Assembly (NCBI RefSeq): GCF_009914755.1
Contig: NC_060937.1
Strand: one strand, 5' to 3'
DNA: 64,000 nucleotides
Source of the DNA: the human T2T-CHM13v2.0 reference genome, Homo sapiens
The notes below the pieces were generated by a model. That model was given only the letters and a program-made list of their open reading frames with translations. It ran no database searches and was not told where the DNA came from. Positions 14,518 through 29,611 of this stretch are shown one piece after another. The translations under genes were made by a program, and so were the position numbers. Every line of letters begins with the position of its first letter. Position 1 is the first letter of the stretch.

Positions 14518-14739
14518 ATATTATTTACTTGGTTCAGATTTGTTATACCAAGTAATTCAGAGGTTTTTTCAAGAGAAGAAATGTAGAGGATAAAATGTTA
14601 ATACCTTAACAATTATCAGACTCATTATTGAGCAAGACTGGAGTAGCAACAGAAGGAAGTCTATTTCTAATATCCTATTCTGAAGAAGTATCTCATTTCT
14701 TTATTTTTAGAATGCTTAAAAAGTTATTCTATCACAAAG

Positions 14740-16015
14740 GAAAACATAGTCCTACCATATGATTTACCAATTGTATTTCCAGGTATTTGCTAAAATGAGT
14801 AGAAAACTTATTTTCACACAAAAACCTGCACACAAATGTTTATAGTAGCCAAAGGGGATCAGACTATGTCAGCCCAAAATATGCCACTTCGGCATAAGTA
14901 TTATTTTGGGCTCAAGGCAATTATACGAGGAATTCTCTGACATCTCTCTTTCTGCCTAAAGCATGACATAAATTTCCCTTTGTGAAGGCATCCTCCCTCT
15001 GCTCTCCCATGCCAGGAGGCGGTAAACAACTCTCATCACAGGAGACAGAAAGCTGGCATGAGATGTGTCTGCATAAGCAAACCTTACTAAAATAACACTT
15101 ATCTTCCATTAGTTTCCCCCATATATTTACCTTTCTGTAATTGAATGTCCCTAGAAACTCAAACTGCTTTCCTTTGTTTTGTCACTTCTCCACACTTTAT
15201 CACCCTTTGTTAAAGTGGTATATAAGTCCTGGGTTTTCACTTATTTATTTGGGATTTCATTTATTTTAGGTGAAGCTCCTTTGTGCATGTAAAGTGAACC
15301 ATATCTCCTATTAATCAGTCCTTTGTTCCTTTAATTTGCAAGCCTCTTTCATTGAACCTAAGAAGGCAAAGAAAACTTTTTTCTCCTACTCTACATAGCT
15401 TTATTCATAATTACCCAAACTAAAGGCAACCAATGTGTTGTTCAATGGGGAAATGGATAAACAAATGATGGCATATTCATATAATAAACTATCATTCAAT
15501 GATAAAAATAAATCAGCTATCAAGCCTCAAAAAGACATGAAGGAAACTAGATCATATTGCAAGTAAAATAAACCAATCTAAAAGGCTATATACTATATGA
15601 TTCCAACTATATGACATTCTGGAAAAGACAAAATTGTAGAGAGTAAAAAGATCAGAGGTTGTCGTGTGTTTGATGGGGGATGGAGAAGGGGAGAGGAGAG
15701 ATTTTTAGGGGATTTTTAGGGCAGGGACACTATTTTGTATAAAATTATAATGGTAGATAGATGATATTATGCATTTGTCAAAACTCATAGAACTGTACAA
15801 CACAAAGAGTGAATCTTAATGTAAACTATAGACTTTAGTTGACAATAAAGTATCAATATTGCTTCATTAATTGTACCACACAAATGCAAGATGTTAATAA
15901 TCAGAAAACTGGGAATAAGGGAGGGTAGGTTGGAGAGGGTATATGGAAACTCTCTGTACTTTCTGCTTAATTTTTTTGTAAATCTAAACTGCTCTGAAAA
16001 AATCTATTAATTAAA
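14740..16015 (+). mobile_element. Old L1M (L1MB/MC-like) 3' end, split by an LTR
   Basis: L1 ORF2-end/3'UTR phrases (ctaccatatga.., cacacaaaaacctgcacacaaatgtttatag, tatgacattctggaaaagacaaaa, aactctctgtactttctgc). Confidence 0.8.
14850..15395 (+). mobile_element. ERV1-type solo LTR (MER34-like)
   Basis: cccaaaatatgccacttcggcataag..attattttg motif. Ends ...ctctaca. Flanked by a 4-bp duplication tagc (14846-14849 / 15396-15399) inside the L1M. Confidence 0.7.
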
Positions 16016-16629
16016 AAGTCATTTAAGGATATCTCATTCTTTATATGTCTTATTAAAATACAACAGATATAGGTAGAGAGAAAAGAGGGAACAAGAAGAG
16101 TGTAAAGCAAAGGGAGAGGCAGAAACATATAAGAATTATAAGACAAAGAAAATGAATTTGTGCCACCAGAAAAAAAATATTAGAAATTTAGAGAACCATC
16201 TTTTCTTTGTTTCTTTTTTTTTTCTCTTTTCTTCCTTTGCTCCTTTTTAGGGAATTGGAGTAGGAATTGGGGATTTTAGCAAACTTAGAATGTGGAATAA
16301 GTTGATGGCATTGGAATTTTTAAAATAGTTTGTGCACTTTTCCTGAGAGCGTGCATTTTACTTATTGCTGATGGAAGGCTAGAGTGTCTGGCATGGTATA
16401 TACTTATGAGATGATTAAGCAAAAGATGGCTTCTGGCGGGAGGTGTGTGAAGAGGTATAATGTGACACTAGAAAAATCATGGGGCTGAACAATTGGGAAC
16501 CTGCTCTCAGTTTGAACAAGAATAAACAGGCCTTACTAGGAGTACTGGAAATCAAAGGCAATGGTGATATGAGGCCTAGAGTAAGGCGAAGGGGTATGAA
16601 GTAGATGACAGTATGTCCCCCCAAATGAA

Positions 16630-18000
16630 CTTTTCTTTTATATCGAGGTATAACATATATATAGGAGAGTGCATGAATCTTAAATGTACAGCTTGTTGAA
16701 TTTTTATTTATGCACAGATACATGGATCCACAAACCAGTTCAAGATACAAAATATTTCCAGTACCTTAGAAGGCTTCCTTTTGCTCCTTCCCAGTCAATA
16801 TCCCTGTCCTTAGAGGCAATCATTCTGATTTGTCACTAAATGTAAGTTTTGCCTGTAAATCTCATATAAATGGAATTGCACTATATTCACAACATTTGCA
16901 TCCAGCTTTTTTTACCCAACATATGTCCGTGAGAGTCTATATTGTTTCATGTAATAACAGTGGCTTTTTAAAATTGGTATTCATATATTTTATTGTATGA
17001 AATACCATAGTTTATCCATTTTATTGCTGATGATCATTTGGGTTGTTTCCAGTGTTTTTGCTTTAATGAATAAATTTGCTATGAACATTCTTTTATATGT
17101 CTTTTGGTGGATATACACATCTATTTCTCTTGTGTCTTTACCAAGAAGTGGACATGCTGTGTCACACGATAGGCACATAGATATTGCCAAACATTTTTCC
17201 AAAGCAGTTTTACAATTTAAATTTTATAGCAACATATGAGGATTCCAGTTGCTCCATATCTTCAGCAACTTTTGCTAGTACTTGTCTTTTAAATTTAGTC
17301 ATTACAGTGAGTGTAGAGTAGTAACCATTCTGGTTTTAGTTTGTATTTGCCCAATGGGTAATAAAATTGAGCATTTTTCCTGTATAATTATTGTTCGTTT
17401 GGATATCCACTTTTGCAACGTTCTTACTCAAGTCTTTTGCCAATTATTCAACTTGGATTTACTTCTTATTATTAATTTATGGGAGTTCTTCATATATTCT
17501 AAATATAAGCCCTTTGTCAGATATTGCAACTTTCTTTCTTTTCAGTCTGTGGCTTGCCTTTTCACCCTCTTAATGTATCTTTTCATTAATAGAAGTTCTT
17601 AATTTTGATGAAATCTAATTTATCAATTTTTTGTTTTAAAAATAGTGCTTTCCTTACACGGCTTGGATCTTTTCTTATTCCAAGTTTTTAAACATATTAT
17701 TCTCTTTTCTGTTTCTCAGCAACATTTATTGAAAATTCCAGTCTTTTCTCCCTAAATGAAGTGGTGTTTTTGTTGTATATCAGATGACTGCATATAACTG
17801 GGTCTTTTTCTCCATTCTTCTTCGTCTTATTGCCATATTTGTCTATCTTAATGCCAGTATCACACTGACTCAATTACAAAGCTTTATAAAAGCATTTGTA
17901 GCTTATCTTGGTGATTCTAGATAGTTTGCATTATCATATACATTTTACAGTCGGTTCTAAGTAAACTCTTCTTTACAATTTTGTACCACTAAGTTGTAGC
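16630..18000 (-). mobile_element. Old L1M fragment (3'UTR plus ORF2 end)
   Basis: Antisense L1 phrases (catttgggttgtttccag, gctatgaacattctt, ccctttgtcagatattgcaa, cagcaacatttattgaaa). Confidence 0.8.
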
Positions 18001-18232
18001 TAGCACACTCTCTAATTTTTTAGTCAAAGTTACATATGTACATAATTTAAATAGTCAAATAGCACTATAAACCTTTAAATGAAAAAAGTAGTCCTTTACT
18101 CCTAAACCTCATTTCAAGAAGCAACCTTTTCAAGTCTTTTAGCATTCTTCTGGTATTTAATTTAGTATTTCTCAATAATATAATTTTATTTCTTGATTTT
18201 CAGCTTTAGATGTTGTCTACTATGGAGCATAA

Positions 18233-18685
<453 letters not shown>

Positions 18686-18929
18686 TAGAGATAATAATCA
18701 CCTCCTTGCCCGCATTCATTTTGTTTTATATAATTTACTACCATTAATTCATTCTTGAACTCTCCCAAAAATGTTTCCTTTGAATATATTTAATTACATC
18801 AGGAAACCTATCACATTTTTTTTTCTTAAAAATATCTCTCTCATAGCCCTCTATTCCCCCTCAAGTCTGGACTGACTGATCTCTAGGTCTACAATGAGAG
18901 TTAGATGTTGCCAAAGAATCTGCCTTCAT

Positions 18930-19317
18930 TTGTTAATTTATGTGTGCTGCTATAACAGAATACCACAGACTCGGTAATTTATAAGCGATAGAAATTTATT
19001 TCTCACAGTTATGGAGGCTAGGAAGTCCAAGATCAAGGCATCGGCAGGTTTTGTGTCTGGTGAGAGCTTCTCTCTGCTTCCAAGATGGTGCCTGTTGCTG
19101 CATTCTCTGGAGGGGAGGAATGTTGTGTCCTTACCTGATGGAAGGGCGAAAGAGGGAACTCACTCTCTCCAGCCCTTTCATACAGGCCCTAATCCCATCC
19201 ACAAAGGCTCTGCCTTCATGACATAATCACCTCATAAAGGCCACACCTCTTAATACTATCACATTGGCAATTAAGTTTCAATATACAAATCTGGGGGGAC
19301 ATATTCAGACCATAGCA
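18930..19317 (-). mobile_element. MaLR LTR (MST/MLT1A-like)
   Basis: gctgctataacagaataccacagact..tttatttctcacagtt..ggaggctaggaagtccaagatcaagg; ends cagaccatagca. Confidence 0.85.
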
Positions 19318-21358
19318 TTTTATTACCAGTTTTGGGATTCCCTTCTCCTCTTGTGTGGGACTCCTTAATTCCAGCGTCCCACATCTTCCTCTTTTTCGAT
19401 TTCACCCTTTGTTTTGATAGAGCACATTTTGTAGTAGTTTCCGAGGAAAGAGTTCATAGGACATAAGTGTTTTGAGAACTTGCTCCCTTTGTTTTAGTAT
19501 TGTAATTAATTGATCAGTTGACTAGGTGGTGAGATGGAAAGTTATTTCTCTTTCTGGATTTTGAAGGCATTTCTCCATTATCTTCTAGCTTCTGATAATA
19601 GACTTGTTATTTTGCAGTTGTAATAACATAATGCAATCAATGTTAGTTTGATTCCTGATCCTTGTCTGTTTTTTACTCCCAAGAAGGTTTTAGAAATTCT
19701 TTGTCCTTCAGCTTCTAAAATGTCCTGACTATAGGAACTAATATGGATCTTTGCTCATGCATTGTTCTGAGCATTTTGTGGATCCTTCAATGTTTTTTAG
19801 TCCTGATACACTTTCAAATTTTTTTTTAATAATTTCTATCTCTCTGGGTTTTTTTTTAATCTCTCTTAGGATTCCATTAAAATGATGTTGGACCTCTAAA
19901 TCAATTAAATTTTTAAATCTTTCTATTTTCTATCTCTTGAACTATCAGACTTTCTACTTGATTTACTAAACTTTATCTTCCATTCCTTCTATTAAAATGT
20001 TCATTTCTGCTTTTGTTCCCTTGATTTCCAAGAGTTTGTTTTTGTTCACAAAATATTGCTTTTCTTAGTCTCCTGTTCTTGTTTTATGGGTGCTAATTCT
20101 TTTTTATTTCCCTGAGAATTATGAGGATTAGTTATGTTTTGATTGATGGTTTCTTAGTGTTTTACTCAATGCCTTTTTCCTTAAATTTCTTTTTTTCTCT
20201 TTTTTGTTTGTTTTGGTGTGGTTTTTGTCTTCTATACCATAGGTCTTTCTCATATTGTTATTATTGGCTGTGTGCTTATTTATGGTTAAGGTACAAAAGC
20301 AGGCTGCTTATAACCTCTGAATGAGTATGGATGGGACTTGTTGAGAAGTGAGTTTCACTCTAACATAATATCTAGCTGAGGTATTTTCTTAGAGGAAACC
20401 CAGCTTTAATACCTGCAGACCTTTTTGCTGGGCCAGTTTCCCTGGATATGAATCCTCCTGTTTCATGCCTGAGGGTTATGACTTCCTGCCAGCATTTCTA
20501 GGGCTGAGTGGCAAAGAGGGTTGTGGTGGGGGTGGGGAGGGCTCACCTTTCAGAAGTTTCACATTTGGCATGTTCTCCCTGTTTTCACTATAGTTCTTCT
20601 GTACTACGTGTAGTGAGATGAAGCTAGAGTTTCTCTGGTTCAGTCTTTCCTGGAAATGAATATACCTTTTGTTTTCTTTCAAGCGGGGAAAGTAGGTAGT
20701 CCTTTGCTTGAGCAGGCTGCTGGAAGAGATCTTTGGGGATAATTGTTTCTTATACGAATTTTCAATGAAATTTCTGGCTTCTAGCCTCACTTGAGACCCA
20801 CACTTTCAGAGGTAGTTGATCCCCCAAATACTAAGGCTTTTTGTGGTTTTGTAATATGCATCTACTTATTTCTGGACTTACCTTGGAGGTTTCCCCACCC
20901 CATAGCTCTTCCAGGATTTTTCTAGTTTCCCAAGTTAGCAATCATTCACACATCTGATTTCTGATTTTCAACTTTTTATAGTCATTTATTTTCCTCTTTT
21001 CTTTGTACTTGTGGATTTATATATTTGAATATCTTTACTGCTTTCCCTATGAGGTTTCTGGAGAAAAAATAGTAAATACTTGTGTTCAATCTGCATTTTA
21101 ACTGGAAGCTAGTTTTTCAATATTTAAGAATTTAAAATCAGCTCTTGCCCGAAAATAGAGTGACCAGCTCTTGATAAAATGTCTTTGAAACAGAAATAAG
21201 AATTGCCACTTTTTCTGTTGTTGTTCTAATGGCTGATTGATAAGAAAAGTGCCCCTTGTTAGCATGTTCTTTTCAGGAATGCAATAGAACAAAATGGGAG
21301 CCAAGAAGTGAATCATGGCCAAGGAGACGTTTTGGGATTGGCTTTCTGGTCATATTTA

Positions 21359-21526
<168 letters not shown>

Positions 21527-23186
21527 TTAAAGAAATAGAATAAAATCCCCACAAAGAGATGACAATATTATAATATGAAACTGCTATTCTAGATTTGTTG
21601 GCGTGATTATTACAGGACAAGTACAAAAGAAATAATAAGATATAATCATTATTGAATACATGCTTTTTATTTATAAATTATTTTATTCATTTGATGCAAA
21701 TATTAGAGATCTAATTTGGGATATCAATGTGACATTCAGATTTTATTTACCAGATCTCTTTAAAATATATGAGCATATTTCAATATTCTCTACTTGCACT
21801 TTTAGTCTTCATAGAATCATTTCCATATTTTACAAAAAATGTTGTTTGTGTTATAACCAGTCATAAAAAGGGTAACTCTGGGTATTCAAAATAATACACA
21901 TTTGTTAAGAAACCTCATATCAGTTTGTTTTAATGATTTCTTTTTCCATGTTGCTTTGTGGAGCTAGAAAACTAGACTGTATTTTTGTTTTTTTAAGGAT
22001 AAAATAAATCCTGGACGGGAATAGTTTAGTGATACACTGCTCACATGTCATTCTTAGTGAATTGTGCAGCCTTATTTGAAATAACTACTTCATTAACCTC
22101 CATTATTATGAATAAAGATGTATTTAGCATTGATAGTGGATAGTCTGCTAAAGCTAGATGTAGATGCTGTTATAATCAATATTACATAGCCAGAAAAAGT
22201 GCCAGATAGGAAGAAAATGTGGGAAAGTATGTTTCAGAGTAACAAATGAATAGGGGCAGATATAAAATTCTCTAAGGAGACTTCAGAAATTTTGAGATTT
22301 TTTTCAGAGTATCCAAATACATGGAGCATTTAAAGGTGAAGAATGTGGACAGTAGCTGAATGAAAAATATTTCAGACATGTGAGGCTGTATGCAGGAGTT
22401 TTGAGGGAGAATAGAGAATAAAGAATTTATGCTTAATTGGAAGCAATTTTGAAGACATATGAAGAGTGTTGAGTGAGATGGGGAAGACTACACACCCAAA
22501 AATGTCTTCAGTGTTGTATATATAGTGAGCTTTTTAGTGAATGGCAGCTGAAGTTGTGGCAGAAAAACTGAAAAGGTGTTATAGAATTTAGAGTTTGGAA
22601 CTGATGTGATGCTTATAAAGCCATGACCCATGTGGTCCAGTCCTGAAGTAGTGTCACATTTACAAAAACACAGCACAAATAATCAACTCAAGCTTTAACA
22701 TGGTTCCCAAAAATGTTTGAGGAGGTTTAAGTATGTGACCCACTGCATTTGTTACTTAAGTCATTTTCCTTTCTAATCTACAGCACCCAGCTCCCAGATT
22801 GTTATATGTCCAGATCTATAGACTAGTCTTTATGAAGCAAGTTGTCTAATAAATGAGAATAGAACCTGTTTTCAGGGATATTATTAGTATCTTTTGTGAG
22901 AGAGGCATTGGTATCATATGTTCAAGTAGATTCTACATTATAGAAGACTTTCTGCTAGATATCATTTTCTTTGCATTAACCAATTATAAGGGAAAGGTAA
23001 GTCACTTATACCTTTTATCCATCATGTAAATACTGGAGAATTCTATCAGTTGCCATGGTGTATCTTTTGTCTTTGTGATAGAACCTTTACTGGCATGATT
23101 AAAGATGTTACAGAAAAAGCTATGATCTTTGAATTATTATCTTCCTGGAGAAGAGACTAACTAGAGGCTTAAAGAAGAAAAGTGCT

Positions 23187-23476
23187 TTTTTTTTTTTTTT
23201 TTTGAGACGGAGTCTTGCTCTGTCACTCAGGCTGGAGGTGCAGTGGCACAATCTCGGCTTACTGCAAGCTCCACCTCCCGGGTTCACACCATTCTCCTGC
23301 CTCAGCCTCCCGAGTAGCTGGGACTACAGGTGCCCGCCACCATGCACAGCTAATTTTTTGTATTTTTAGTAGAAACAGGGTTTCACTGTGCTAGCCTGGA
23401 TAGTCTCGATCTCCTGACTCTGTGATCCGCCCGCCTCGGATTAGCAGTCCCAAAGTGCTGGGATTAGAAGCGTGAG
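23187..23476 (-). mobile_element. AluY/Sc-like element, slightly 5'-truncated, with an internal templated replacement
   Basis: Alu dimer with gcaagctcc and ttcacaccattctc diagnostics; TSD ~gaaaagtgcttttt on both sides. Confidence 0.92.
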
Positions 23477-23774
23477 AAAAAGTGCTTTTTAAAGGAGCAA
23501 CAGGTCCTTGTTGTGTATGCCCATGTGAACACCAATCCTATGGGAGAAAATTAGCATGTTGTACTTTTTAGCAATAAGGTGCCTACTATTGCTAATGAAA
23601 TGATCAAGATCTGTACTAAAAGCGTATGATTGGAAAAAGCCTGCAAAAAATAGTACATTTGAAACAAACCAATTAATTGAATTTAGCCTAAGCTAATTTT
23701 ATCATTAATGAATGACAATTTTGAGAAATATTCAAATTTGTTCATCACAACAGACTAAAGGACAGATTCATTTC

Positions 23775-24437
23775 TTTTTTTAAAAATTTTTTTATACTTT
23801 AAATTCTGGGATATATATGCAGAACGTGCAGGTTTGTTACATAGGCATACACGTGCCTTGGTGGGTTTGCTGCATCCATCAACCCCTCATCTACATTAGG
23901 TATTTCTCCTAATGCTATCCCTCCCCTAGCCTCCTACCCCCTGAAAGGCCCCAGTGTGTGATGTTCCCCTCCCTGTGTCCATGTGTTCTCATTGTTCAAC
24001 TCCCACTTATGAGTGAGAACATATGGTGTTTGGTTTTCTGTTCCTGTGTTAGTCTGCTGAGAATAATGGTTTGCAGCTTCATCCAAGTCCCTGCAAAGGA
24101 CATGAACTCATCTTTTTTATGGTTGCATAGTATTCCACGGTGTATATGTGCCACATTTTCTTTATGCAGTCTATCATTGATGGACATTTGGGTTGGTTCC
24201 AAGTCTTTGCTATTGTGAATAGTGCCACAATAAACATATGTGTGCATGTGTCTTTATAGCAGCATGATTTATAATCCTTTGTGTATATACCCAGTAATGG
24301 GATTGCTGGGTCAAATGGTATTTCTGGTTCTAGATCCTTGAGAAATCACCACACTATCTTCCACAACAGATGCTGGAGAGGATGTGGAGAAATAGGAATG
24401 CTTTTTTACACTGCTGGTGGGAGTGTAAATTAGTTCA
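23775..24437 (-). mobile_element. 5'-truncated, 5'-inverted L1PA (twin-priming product)
   Basis: L1PA 3' end on the - strand at 23775-24366, then the adjacent L1 segment inverted at 24363-24437. Flanking 8-bp duplication ttcatttc at 23767-23774 and 24434-24441. Confidence 0.9.
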
Positions 24438-24466
24438 TTTCATTTTATATTAAAAATATTTTCTCA

Positions 24467-24962
<496 letters not shown>

Positions 24963-26816
24963 CTACAGAGTGAACAAAGAAGATTCCTGGTTTCTTAAAA
25001 TCTAGTAGAGAAAAAATTTTAAGAACTGAAAGTTAAAATAATATCCTGAGATAAAAGTAATACCTTAAGAAAACAGTGGAAAAGGACATACAAGTCCAAT
25101 TATTAATACAAGTCAGACATTAAAATTCCTTTGGGAATCAGTAGATCAGCTATTTGGCTAAAGAACAAGGTATGAGAAAATGGTAGGGGGGAAAGTCTGG
25201 AAAGATAAATTGGGTTAAAATTATGGGCTTTAGATGCCAGGCTTTAGAACTTGATTTTGTAGGGAACCCTTTGACATTTTTAATTTTAAACTTAAGTGAA
25301 GAAGTAGCAAAATCAGAGCAGCACATTGTGGAAATGACACTTTCAGCTGTGTGCAGACTGGACAGAGAAACTACCGAGATGGATGAAAAGGCTACTTTCA
25401 TTTTTCAGATGGCTTAGGTCACTTTATGGACACCGGATAGACTCCCCCTCCTCCAAAAAATTTAGTTCCTATGTCTAGACTGATGATGTCACACACACAC
25501 ACACAGACACGCACGCATGTGCACACTATTCTCATGATTAGGCTTTCTAGGGAAATCACAGCAAACTCCCAAGAAGTTCCAAAAATGGATTGAGAGAGCA
25601 GGGAGAGGTTACTGGCTTGGAGTTTTATGACAATTAGGGCACAGGGCTGGGGTGAGGGGTTCCCTCACATGTGTTGATTTGAACTTCCCATGGGTGCCAA
25701 GGGAGGGAGCACCCAGGCTTTTTTATCAGCTTACTAATATATGAGACAAAAGGAGAAGGGGAATTATGTATATTGAAAGCTATCAGCAATCAAACATCAA
25801 AAAGGGGGCCAGGCACTTTATTACACAAATGCAGGGTGGTAAGAGTGCTTTCGTGCTAACTCAGGGTGCTACATTAATATTATCAATAAGTTATAAGCCT
25901 CTACCTGATAGAACCTGCTCTGTGGGAGGAAGCTCTCTAGCAGAAGGGATTTTCATGAACATGGGGACATATACATTTAATTTACAGGCCCATTGAGGAC
26001 CTTTGAAATGTCAAAGAGGTAGTCTCTAAGGCTTTGAAATAAATATCCCAGCAACTCTTGACCTTTTGTTCACTGCATTTCCTTTCATAAAAATTCTAAT
26101 ATATTACTTATGTTTGGAAGAAAGCATTTTTTAAAAGATGCAAAGCTAGACGGAGGTTGTTTGCATCTGGGACCAGAGTTGTAATTTTTTTTTTTTTTTT
26201 TTTTTTTTTGCTCAATCAACCCATCAGTTTTGTTTTGAGACTCAGCTACATATTCTCAATTTATATGTGTATAGAGAATCATCTAGAGGATTTGTTTAAA
26301 ATGTCTATCCTTGTCCTCAACCCCAGGGACTCTGGCTAAGAATTCTTAGGCAGTGCTCAGGAATGCGCATTATGACAGGTGTTTCTGATGCAGGAGATTA
26401 TATGCTTCACTTGAGTAACCTTGCCTCACCATGTACTCAGCACTGCACCAGGTATTGTAAAGGCTGCAGGCAAAGTCTAGCACAATCACAACCAACAAGA
26501 AGTTGACGCTTTGCTGTCTCCTTCCCTACTTAACCAATCTTTTAGCTTCTGCACCTACAAAGAGTATGCAAGCAAATATAAAAGCCAAGACTACAGTTCT
26601 GTTTAGTTACCACTCAGAATTTAGCAGTGCCTAAATGCTTGCTTCAAGAAAGGGCTTTATATACTTTTTTCTAATTTAAATTTCACAAAGTCAAATTATT
26701 AACACATTATAAAGTGCAGAAAATTGAGGCTTGGAAAAATTAAGTGACTTGCTTAAGGAATACAGCCACGAAGTGGGAAAGTCAGGTTTCAAACCCAGTT
26801 TCGTCTACATCAAACT

Positions 26817-27116
26817 TTTGTTTTGTTGTTGTTTTGTTTTGTTTCGTTTTTGAGACGGTGTCTCGCTCTGTCGCCCAGGCTTGAGTGCAGTGGCGTGATA
26901 TTGGCTCACTGCAAGCTCCACCTCCTGGGTTCACGCCTCCCGAGTAGCTGGGACTACAGGCGACTGCCACCACGCCCAGCTAATTTTTTTGTATTTTTAG
27001 TGCAGACGGGGTTTCACCGTGTTAGCCCAGATGGTCTCGATCTCCTGACTTTGTGATTCGCCTGCCTTGGCCTCCCAAAGTGCTGGGATTACAGGCGTGA
27101 GCCACTGTGCCCGGCC
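26817..27116 (-). mobile_element. AluY-like element with a ~17-bp internal deletion, inserted in a MIR (~26660-27140)
   Basis: ggttcacgcc|tcccgagtag lacks attctcctgcctcagcc (gcc microhomology). TSD aactt(t/c)tgtt. MIR core gaaaattgaggcttgga..taagtgacttgcttaagg lies upstream. Confidence 0.9.
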
Positions 27117-27796
27117 TAACTTCTGTTATTAACCATGACACTCTGTTTACTGCCAGGAGCCTGGTGTTAGTTTTCTAGTTTCACTCGAGCGATGAATGAG
27201 ATCCCATGGCACTCAGAACAGGGGGAAAATTAGGCAGTTGCTCACTCAGTTTTGCCGTATATTGACAGTTGAATAACAGATATGCATCTGCTGCCATAAA
27301 AGTCTTTGTCTCCCAGGATAGAACTTTCCTTATTGACTGGAATTGCAGTCTTTTCCACAGGCTTCGCTAAGACCTGAGTTTTGTCAGATGCTTCCCTGTA
27401 AGCACAATTTGTCTGGTTTAGAATAATAATTTTTGGACCAGGTGCTTTCCAGGGGCTGAGAGAAGCTAGGGTGGCTGGAAGAGACTAAGTGAGGAAAAGG
27501 ATGACATCCGTTGGGACTAGGGACATATACAGACTCAGATCATACTGGGCTCTGGGAATCATGGTTAGAAATTTGGTTTTGATTCTAAATATGGTGGGAA
27601 ACAAATGCAATATTTTACAGAAGGGACTTAGTGTTCTGATTTTATATCTTAAAAATAGCCTTTTGGTTGCTATGTGAAGAATGGGTGAAGGGAACATGAG
27701 TTGAAATGGGAAGTTGAGTAAGAAGGTTGTTTTACCTTCTGAATACCTTAAGTGCGTAAAAGTTCCTCTTGAAGGAAAAGCTAACAAAAGAAATTT

Positions 27797-28159
27797 TATG
27801 GACTGAATGTTCATGTTCCCCTAAAAGTCATATGTTGAAATCCCAGCCTCCAATGTGATGGTATTATTAGATGAGGTCTTTGGGAGGTAAGTAGGTCATG
27901 AGGGTAGAAACTTCATGAATGGGGTTAGTGACTTATAAAAGGGACCCCAGAGAGCTCTCTTTCTGTTCTTTGCCGTGTGAAGGTACAATAAAAAGATGAT
28001 CCTCTGCAGATCAGGAAGTGAGCCCCCAACAAACACTGGATGTGCGGACACCCTGATCTCAAACTTCCTAGTCTCCAGAACTGTGAGAAATAAATGTTTG
28101 TCATTTAAGTCACCCAGTCTATGATATATTTATTACAGCAGTCTAAACTGATTAAGACA
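27797..28159 (+). mobile_element. MLT1A-like MaLR LTR
   Basis: tatggactgaatgtt..catatgttgaaatcc...ctccagaactgtgagaaataaatg...ctgattaagaca. Confidence 0.88.
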
Positions 28160-28460
28160 GCAGGAAAACTGATATTTCTGTCTAGATAAAGTAGGAACTC
28201 AGAAAAAAAATTCTAGATGTCCCTCTACCTCCTCTCCAAAGTAAGTCTAGAGAGAAGGCAAGAAGTAGTGGGAGAGACTATCAACACTTGAGCATTTCCT
28301 GATTTCCCTTTTTCTTCTTTTTTTATCCTCTAAAATTCTTCCAAATATTTTAAATATTTTAAATTGTTAAATATTTAAATATTTCAAAGTTAATTTCAGC
28401 AGTGTTGACTCTGAAAGCCTACATATCAGGCAGGTGTTTAAGATGATGAGACCTCTGTAG

Positions 28461-28826
<366 letters not shown>

Positions 28827-29089
28827 AAAAATCTTTTTCTTGATGGTGGATAAGAAGCCAGCTTTGCATCCCTCCCCACCCCCACCATGGCCCCCTTTCC
28901 CACTCAGCCCCAGAATGCTGGCAAGAACCCATAACCCTCTGGAGGACTCCATCACACAAAGCACCTGTGGAGTGGCTTGAAGGTGGCACCCCCTTGGGCC
29001 GAGGGCAGGTTTCTACTTGTCTGAGATAACGTGACTCAAGCTGCTTTGAGACCAGGACAGAATGCTGGTTTCACGGATGCCGTTCTTTT

Positions 29090-29611
29090 CCACACATATT
29101 GCTTAGCACTCCTTTGATTGCAAATGACAGAAACCCAACTTGGATTACCATAATGAAGCAGGGTATTTATTGTGAGGATAGAAACATGCCTCATGGAAAC
29201 TAAGGTCAGAAAGATGGCTGGGCCTCCAGAACAATGGGAATTAGGTTCTTGAAAATCCTCTCTAACTCCCTGCATTCAGTTTTGATCAGCTTTATCCCAT
29301 GACAGGAAATGTGGCTGCTGAAATCTCTCAGAGCTTTAGCCACGTAGAAGGGGACAGAATGTCATTCTCTTATTCCAAGTCCAGAACTGCAAGATAAGAA
29401 GCTTGTTGGTCTGCTGGAGTTAGGGTCTTCCTCCTGGGAGTCATTTGTGCTGAGGAGGTGGCACTGGGCTCATAGGGTGAACCCTACAGTACCATGGAAG
29501 TGGATAAGAGGGGGTAGCTCTCTTAGGAGAGTTGAAGAGAAAATTTTCTTCAGGGGTCTCCAATGACTGATAGAAGGGTACTAGGCAAAAAGTCCCACAG
29601 GTGTCAACTAC
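29090..29611 (-). mobile_element. Old MaLR LTR (MLT1J/K-like)
   Basis: ttgattgcaaatgacagaaacccaact start motif; ends caggtgtcaactaca. Confidence 0.6.
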
